From Candidatus Bathyarchaeota archaeon (GTDB taxonomy: Archaea; Thermoproteota; Bathyarchaeia; Bathyarchaeales; Bathycorpusculaceae), in the NCBI GenBank assembly GCA_963827165.1, contig CAWGZR010000005.1, positions 384,001 through 448,000 on the forward strand: 64,000 nucleotides of DNA. The letters run 5' to 3'. Position numbers and translations under genes: made by a program. The first letter of the stretch is position 1, and every line of letters starts with the position of its first letter. Under the pieces are notes generated by a model. The model was given only the letters and a program-made list of their open reading frames with translations. It ran no database searches and had not been told where the DNA came from. Below, piece after piece: positions 59,761-64,000 of the stretch.

Positions 59761-60348
59761 ATGTTTAAGCTGATAACTCTTCAGGATACTATCCGCATTC
59801 CTCCAGAAACCTTTGGCAACCCTCTAGAAAAGGTTGGCCGTGAACAGGTAAAACAGAAGTATGAAGGTGTCGTCGACGAGGAGTTGGGATACGTAATCGC
59901 AGTCACAACAATTGAAGTGAGCCCCATCGGAAAAATTATCCCAGGCGACGGAGCAACATACCACAAAGTATCATTCTCCCTACTAACATTCTATCCGGTA
60001 ATCCAAGAAATCGTAGAAGGCGACGTAGTTGAAATCGCAGATTTCGGAGCTTTCCTTCGAATAGGACCAGTAGACGCTCTCCTTCACGTTTCGCAACTCA
60101 TGGATGACTACATCTCATACGATGAAAAACAAGGAGTCCTGCTTGGGAAAGAAAGCAAAAGAAAGCTGCAGGCAGGTGATCAAGTGCGCGTTAGAATAAC
60201 TGCCGTTTCACTTGGGCGAGCTGGAAGCTCAGGAAAGATCGGTGTAACAGCCAGGCAACCATTCCTAGGTAAACTAGATTGGTTAAAGGAACCATTTGGA
60301 GCTCCAGTTGAAAAGAAACAAGTGGAACCTAAAGAGAAAACAGAGTAA
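59761..60348 (+). CDS. rpoE1: RNA polymerase subunit E' (Rpo7)
   Basis: IRIPP, GDGATYH, FGAFLRIGPVDALLHVSQ, RQPFLGK. Confidence 0.97.
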   Translation: MFKLITLQDTIRIPPETFGNPLEKVGREQVKQKYEGVVDEELGYVIAVTTIEVSPIGKIIPGDGATYHKVSFSLLTFYPVIQEIVEGDVVEIADFGAFLRIGPVDALLHVSQLMDDYISYDEKQGVLLGKESKRKLQAGDQVRVRITAVSLGRAGSSGKIGVTARQPFLGKLDWLKEPFGAPVEKKQVEPKEKTE

Positions 60349-60363
60349 AGGAGCGAAATGTAA

Positions 60364-60549
60364 TTGAGTGAAAAAGCATGCGCTAACTGTCATTTCATAA
60401 CGAAAGAAAATGTGTGTCCAAAATGTCGCTCGACAAGCTTCAGTGAAGACTACAGCGGCCTAGTCGTAATGTTTGACCCTGAGACCTCAGCAATCGCCAA
60501 AGCCATGAACATCAAAGAGAAAGGCAGATATGCCCTAAAAGTACGTTAA
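60364..60549 (+). CDS. spt4: Transcription elongation factor Spt4 (RpoE'')
   Basis: ACANC...CPKC, GRYALKVR. Confidence 0.95.
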   Translation: MSEKACANCHFITKENVCPKCRSTSFSEDYSGLVVMFDPETSAIAKAMNIKEKGRYALKVR

Positions 60550-60616
60550 CCATTTTTTTAAAGTAATAAGTTCATAGCCCAAAAGACTCTTCTCTTTGGG
60601 TCAAGAGGTTGAAGCG

Positions 60617-61165
60617 ATGACTGTAGAATACGCGTTAACACCTGAACTTCGAATCAAACTTAAAGACCCCTTCGGCACCCTTATTCGAGGCACATTCGAC
60701 GAAACAATGGCTAAAATGAAGCAGTTAATCAAAGAAGAGAAGCCGCCCAAACTAATTTCAGTCGGAGATGTAGTTTCCGTCAACCTTCACAAGCACAGAA
60801 TTAACCCACAATTGACAATAATCGATAACAAGTCCCTTAGAAGTCAAGCGATGCCGGAAACGGCCAAAGTGGAAAAAACCATCTGTGTCGTTAATCCCCA
60901 AGGAACGATAACCAAGGAAGCAGCGGCAGCGGTCAAGGATGCTTTAGATAAGAATGAACACACGCACATCGTTATCGATGGCGAAGAAGACTTACTAACG
61001 TTGATCGCGGTTTATTATGCTCCTGAAAACTCTTTTGTAGTGTATGGTCAACCCTACACAGGAATTGTTCTCGTCAAGGTTACTCAGCAGAAAAAATGTC
61101 AGGTTGAGAAATTTCTAAAATCCATGCAAGTCTTCGAAAAGCTAAATAGGAAGAAGATTGTTTGA
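60617..61165 (+). CDS. GTP-dependent dephospho-CoA kinase (DUF359)
   Basis: LKDPFG, VGDVV, NPQGTI, DGEEDLL, YGQP. Confidence 0.93.
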   Translation: MTVEYALTPELRIKLKDPFGTLIRGTFDETMAKMKQLIKEEKPPKLISVGDVVSVNLHKHRINPQLTIIDNKSLRSQAMPETAKVEKTICVVNPQGTITKEAAAAVKDALDKNEHTHIVIDGEEDLLTLIAVYYAPENSFVVYGQPYTGIVLVKVTQQKKCQVEKFLKSMQVFEKLNRKKIV

Positions 61166-61189
61166 ACTAACCGCTTTAAGTGAACATTT

Positions 61190-61501
61190 ATGCAGATAAA
61201 AGTAGATTCAAGCAAGGATAACCCGCTTCTGAAGCGAAGAGAGGTAGGCTTCACAATAATTATGGGTCCCAAAGAGAAGACTCCGCCGAGGCTTCAAGTC
61301 AAGACAGCTTTAGCTATGGAGATGAAAATTGGGGACGACGTGGTGTTCATTAAGAGGATGCACACAAAAACCGGAACAAACATTACACAAGGAGACGCGA
61401 ACGTTTACCAAAAAGCAGAGCAGGCCAAAATAGTTGAGCCTGAATACATCCGCAAACGCAACAGTCCACCTGAGAAACCCAAAGAAGAGGCGACAGCATA
61501 A
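61190..61501 (+). CDS. rps24e: 30S ribosomal protein S24e
   Basis: NPLLKRRE, TPPR, EPEYIRKRN. Confidence 0.95.
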   Translation: MQIKVDSSKDNPLLKRREVGFTIIMGPKEKTPPRLQVKTALAMEMKIGDDVVFIKRMHTKTGTNITQGDANVYQKAEQAKIVEPEYIRKRNSPPEKPKEEATA

Positions 61502-61788
61502 TGTCCAAGAAACCTCCAGTAGCTAAAAAAGAAGAACCAGCCAAAGCAGCACCCGCCGCAACACCAGAAGCAACGGCAGCAGCGCCAGCAAAGAAAGCTG
61601 AGAAAGGAAAAAGAGAGAAGAAGCATAAAGAAGAAAAAGGAGTCAAAGCAATGTACAAGGTCGAAGGCGACAAAATCTCTCGAGCGCGTCCAACTTGCGA
61701 GCGATGTGGACCCGGCTACTTTATGGCAGATCACCATGACAGGTACACTTGTGGCCACTGCGGATTCACTAGGTACAAACAGAAATAA
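61501..61788 (+). CDS. rps27ae: 30S ribosomal protein S27ae with N-terminal extension
   Basis: CERCGPGYFMADHHDRYTCGHCG. Confidence 0.95.
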   Translation: MSKKPPVAKKEEPAKAAPAATPEATAAAPAKKAEKGKREKKHKEEKGVKAMYKVEGDKISRARPTCERCGPGYFMADHHDRYTCGHCGFTRYKQK

Positions 61789-61835
61789 ACAGTTTTAAAT
61801 CCTGCTGAAGCGTTTAGGTTCTGGGTTGACCAACA

Positions 61836-62264
61836 ATGCTTAGAGTAAACGTTGTCATAACGAGCATTTCTGCCGAACGCTTTTGGGATATGAGGAAACC
61901 TATCCCGCCAATTCAAATCAACACTAACATCAATGTTGTCGGCATGGAAAAGAAGCAGGATGAATCTTTGGAAGTCCCATTTGTTCTTTCAATTACCTTT
62001 AATCCGTCAATAGCTCAAATGAGCCTGAAAGGAAACGCTTATGTTACAGGCGAAAAAGCCGAAGTTGATAAGGTTCTGAAAGATTACGAGCAAAAGAAAC
62101 CTCCAGCACAAATTGTAATCCAATCAATATCAAATGTTGTTTTCATCGAGTCAGTGTTAATATCGAGAATACTTAACATTCCACCTCCAATTCCGCTACC
62201 TCAAATAGCTGAAACTGGAAAACCACAAAGCTCCAAACCAGAAGGAAGAGACTACAGCGCCTAA
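61836..62264 (+). CDS. Conserved archaeal hypothetical protein (possibly SecB-like fold)
   Basis: Beta-rich N-terminus (ISAER, ININV, LEVPFVLSITFNP), LNIPPPIPLP. Confidence 0.75.
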   Translation: MLRVNVVITSISAERFWDMRKPIPPIQINTNINVVGMEKKQDESLEVPFVLSITFNPSIAQMSLKGNAYVTGEKAEVDKVLKDYEQKKPPAQIVIQSISNVVFIESVLISRILNIPPPIPLPQIAETGKPQSSKPEGRDYSA

Positions 62265-62272
62265 TTGTAGCT

Positions 62273-63787
62273 CTATAGGAACCCCTTAGATTTTCTGGCA
62301 ACAGCATCAGCAATTTTTAGTTCGACAGGAAAAGCAAAGTACCTATGTTTCCAACGGTACTTTTCAATTTTGTTCATAATTGAGTAAGCCATCTTGAATG
62401 TGAAACCGCGTTCTTTTATTCTCTCTGCAGGGAAAAAAGCAAGCCGGCTAACAGCTGAAATCGTATGTAGTTTTGCCACTTGCTTGTTGCTGTGCCACGG
62501 CGGGTCAAAATGGAAAACGTGAATGCTACCCCATTCTTCAAGCGACTGAGGAGGAGAAAAACCCGATGGCAACACATGGGTTAAGGGACTTGGAAAAGGC
62601 GTGTAGACGAATATACCATAATGCTGAGTTTTCGGGTTCACTTCAGCCATTTTATCCATTAAATCAAAAGTTTCCTTGAGGTCTTCGTCTGTTTCTCCTG
62701 GCAAACCGCTCATCCATGACACGTAAGGTTCGATTTTAGGTGCCCAAGCCTTAAGGTTTGCAACAGAGCGGAGCATTTGGCCCGCAGTCACGTCCTTGCA
62801 GATAAGTTCCTGAAGTCGATGTGAACCCGATTCGCCCCCGAAATCAAGCTCAACGCAGCCAGCTCGCTCCAAAAGACCGAGAAACTCTCTGTCGTAAGTG
62901 GACAAATAATCGAATCGGCAGTTAGCCCGCCACTGAATATGTATTTTTCTGTCTAGGATACCTTGACAGATTTCTTGAACTCTCTGCTGATCCACGAAAA
63001 CATTGTCGTCGATGGGATCAATTATTTTAACGTTCGGAAACTTTGTCAGTATGTATTCTATTTCGTCGAGAACGCGATTGGCGCTTTTTGCCCGCCACCT
63101 ATTCTTATTAAATAATGTGTTGTAGCAGAAGCCGCATCTGTGGGGACATCCTCTACTGGTTTGGATGTGGAATCTGCCTGATTTCACCGACGGATAGTGG
63201 TCCATTTGTAGAAGATCGTAGGGCAGCTCGATGGGTATGTCGTCTAAATCGATTACTGTGCCGTCGAGGTTGCTTTTGATTTCGCCGTTGACTTGGTAGG
63301 TTATGCCTGCGACGTTATCGAGCCGTTGACCTGACGCAAGCGCGTCGGCCAAGTCCTTGATTATTAGCTCTCCTTCTCCCCGAACCACGATATCCACGTA
63401 GTCGTTGATTGCGGTTTGTTCAGGCAGTAAGGTTGGGTGGACGCCTCCCCAGACCAGTGTGCAGGACGGATTTTGCGTTCGCATAAAACGGGCGAATTCC
63501 AATGCGTATTTGATTTGCAGGCCGCTCATGCAGCTGATGCCCACGAAGAAAGGGTCGCCGATTTTGAAGCGGCGGTAATCCTCGAGTCGCATGTCGAGGA
63601 CTCTCACAGTGAAGCCTTCTTCTTGCAGACTTGCGGCGATGTGAAGGGTGGCCAGTGGAACTTGAGGGTCAGGCGCTTTGAATTTTCCGGGAAAAACAAG
63701 CAGGACCTCTTTTTCTTTGCCGCCTGCGGTCAGGTTGCAGGAATCAGATAGGCACGTATGGGATCTGTGCACTTCAAAAAGCCTCAT
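62273..63787 (-). CDS. B12-binding radical SAM protein (class B); start uncertain
   Basis: VGISCMSG, VWGGVHPT, TSRGCPHRCGFC, GLPGET. Confidence 0.93.
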   Translation of the reverse strand: MRLFEVHRSHTCLSDSCNLTAGGKEKEVLLVFPGKFKAPDPQVPLATLHIAASLQEEGFTVRVLDMRLEDYRRFKIGDPFFVGISCMSGLQIKYALEFARFMRTQNPSCTLVWGGVHPTLLPEQTAINDYVDIVVRGEGELIIKDLADALASGQRLDNVAGITYQVNGEIKSNLDGTVIDLDDIPIELPYDLLQMDHYPSVKSGRFHIQTSRGCPHRCGFCYNTLFNKNRWRAKSANRVLDEIEYILTKFPNVKIIDPIDDNVFVDQQRVQEICQGILDRKIHIQWRANCRFDYLSTYDREFLGLLERAGCVELDFGGESGSHRLQELICKDVTAGQMLRSVANLKAWAPKIEPYVSWMSGLPGETDEDLKETFDLMDKMAEVNPKTQHYGIFVYTPFPSPLTHVLPSGFSPPQSLEEWGSIHVFHFDPPWHSNKQVAKLHTISAVSRLAFFPAERIKERGFTFKMAYSIMNKIEKYRWKHRYFAFPVELKIADAVARKSKGFL

Positions 63788-64000
63788 TAGAAGATTAGCG
63801 AGAATGTGCTTTAAACCTTTCTTGATGCTGCTTAAGAGCGGTTCAGAATAGCAACTTTTGCTTGCCTCTCATTCGACAGCTTCCCTGGGAAAGCCATAGC
63901 TATCCACCAGAAACCAAAGGAAAACTTGCAGACAGCATGTTACGGGAGCGGCCGGGAAAGTCGCAACTTTCACCACGGCAAAAGTCTCAACTTAAAAAAC

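Noticed and set aside
63790-64000. Cobalamin riboswitch upstream of the B12 radical SAM gene
   Set aside because: No convincing B12-box or core motifs on the minus strand, and the region is cut by the window edge.

Overview
Archaeal chromosomal segment, most consistent with Bathyarchaeia (TACK). This is inferred from gene content: eukaryote-like r-proteins S25e/S26e, an HMf-type histone, class I LysRS, cofD, fae-hps, tetraether synthase and frequent TTG starts. Most of the window is housekeeping: a surface-glycan cluster (1-7 kb, with two frameshift-riddled genes), r-proteins, thermosome-rpoK, pyrC, serS, lysS, tmk, the rps6e-aIF2g-PIN-rpoE1-spt4-DUF359-rps24e-rps27ae cluster, and two tRNAs (Arg-GCG, Glu-TTC). 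The most notable features the ORF track misses or does not explain are: (1) two genes, including rpoK, with no ATG/GTG/TTG near their 5' end but an SD-preceded ACG where Met is expected; (2) a Fae-Hps enzyme with an N-terminal HTH and an inverted repeat bracketing its own promoter; (3) an intergenic array of eight 10-bp units just downstream of that gene; (4) an AT-rich island (39.5-42 kb) with an orphan LysW, Zn-ribbon microproteins and back-to-back remnants of a PolB2-like polymerase and a tyrosine integrase; (5) an integrase N-terminus read antisense through tRNA-Arg; (6) several readable operators (TRP boxes between trpB2 and trpY, tandem ACCATG-N6-CATGG palindromes). All family calls come from motif recognition by eye; no database search was run.
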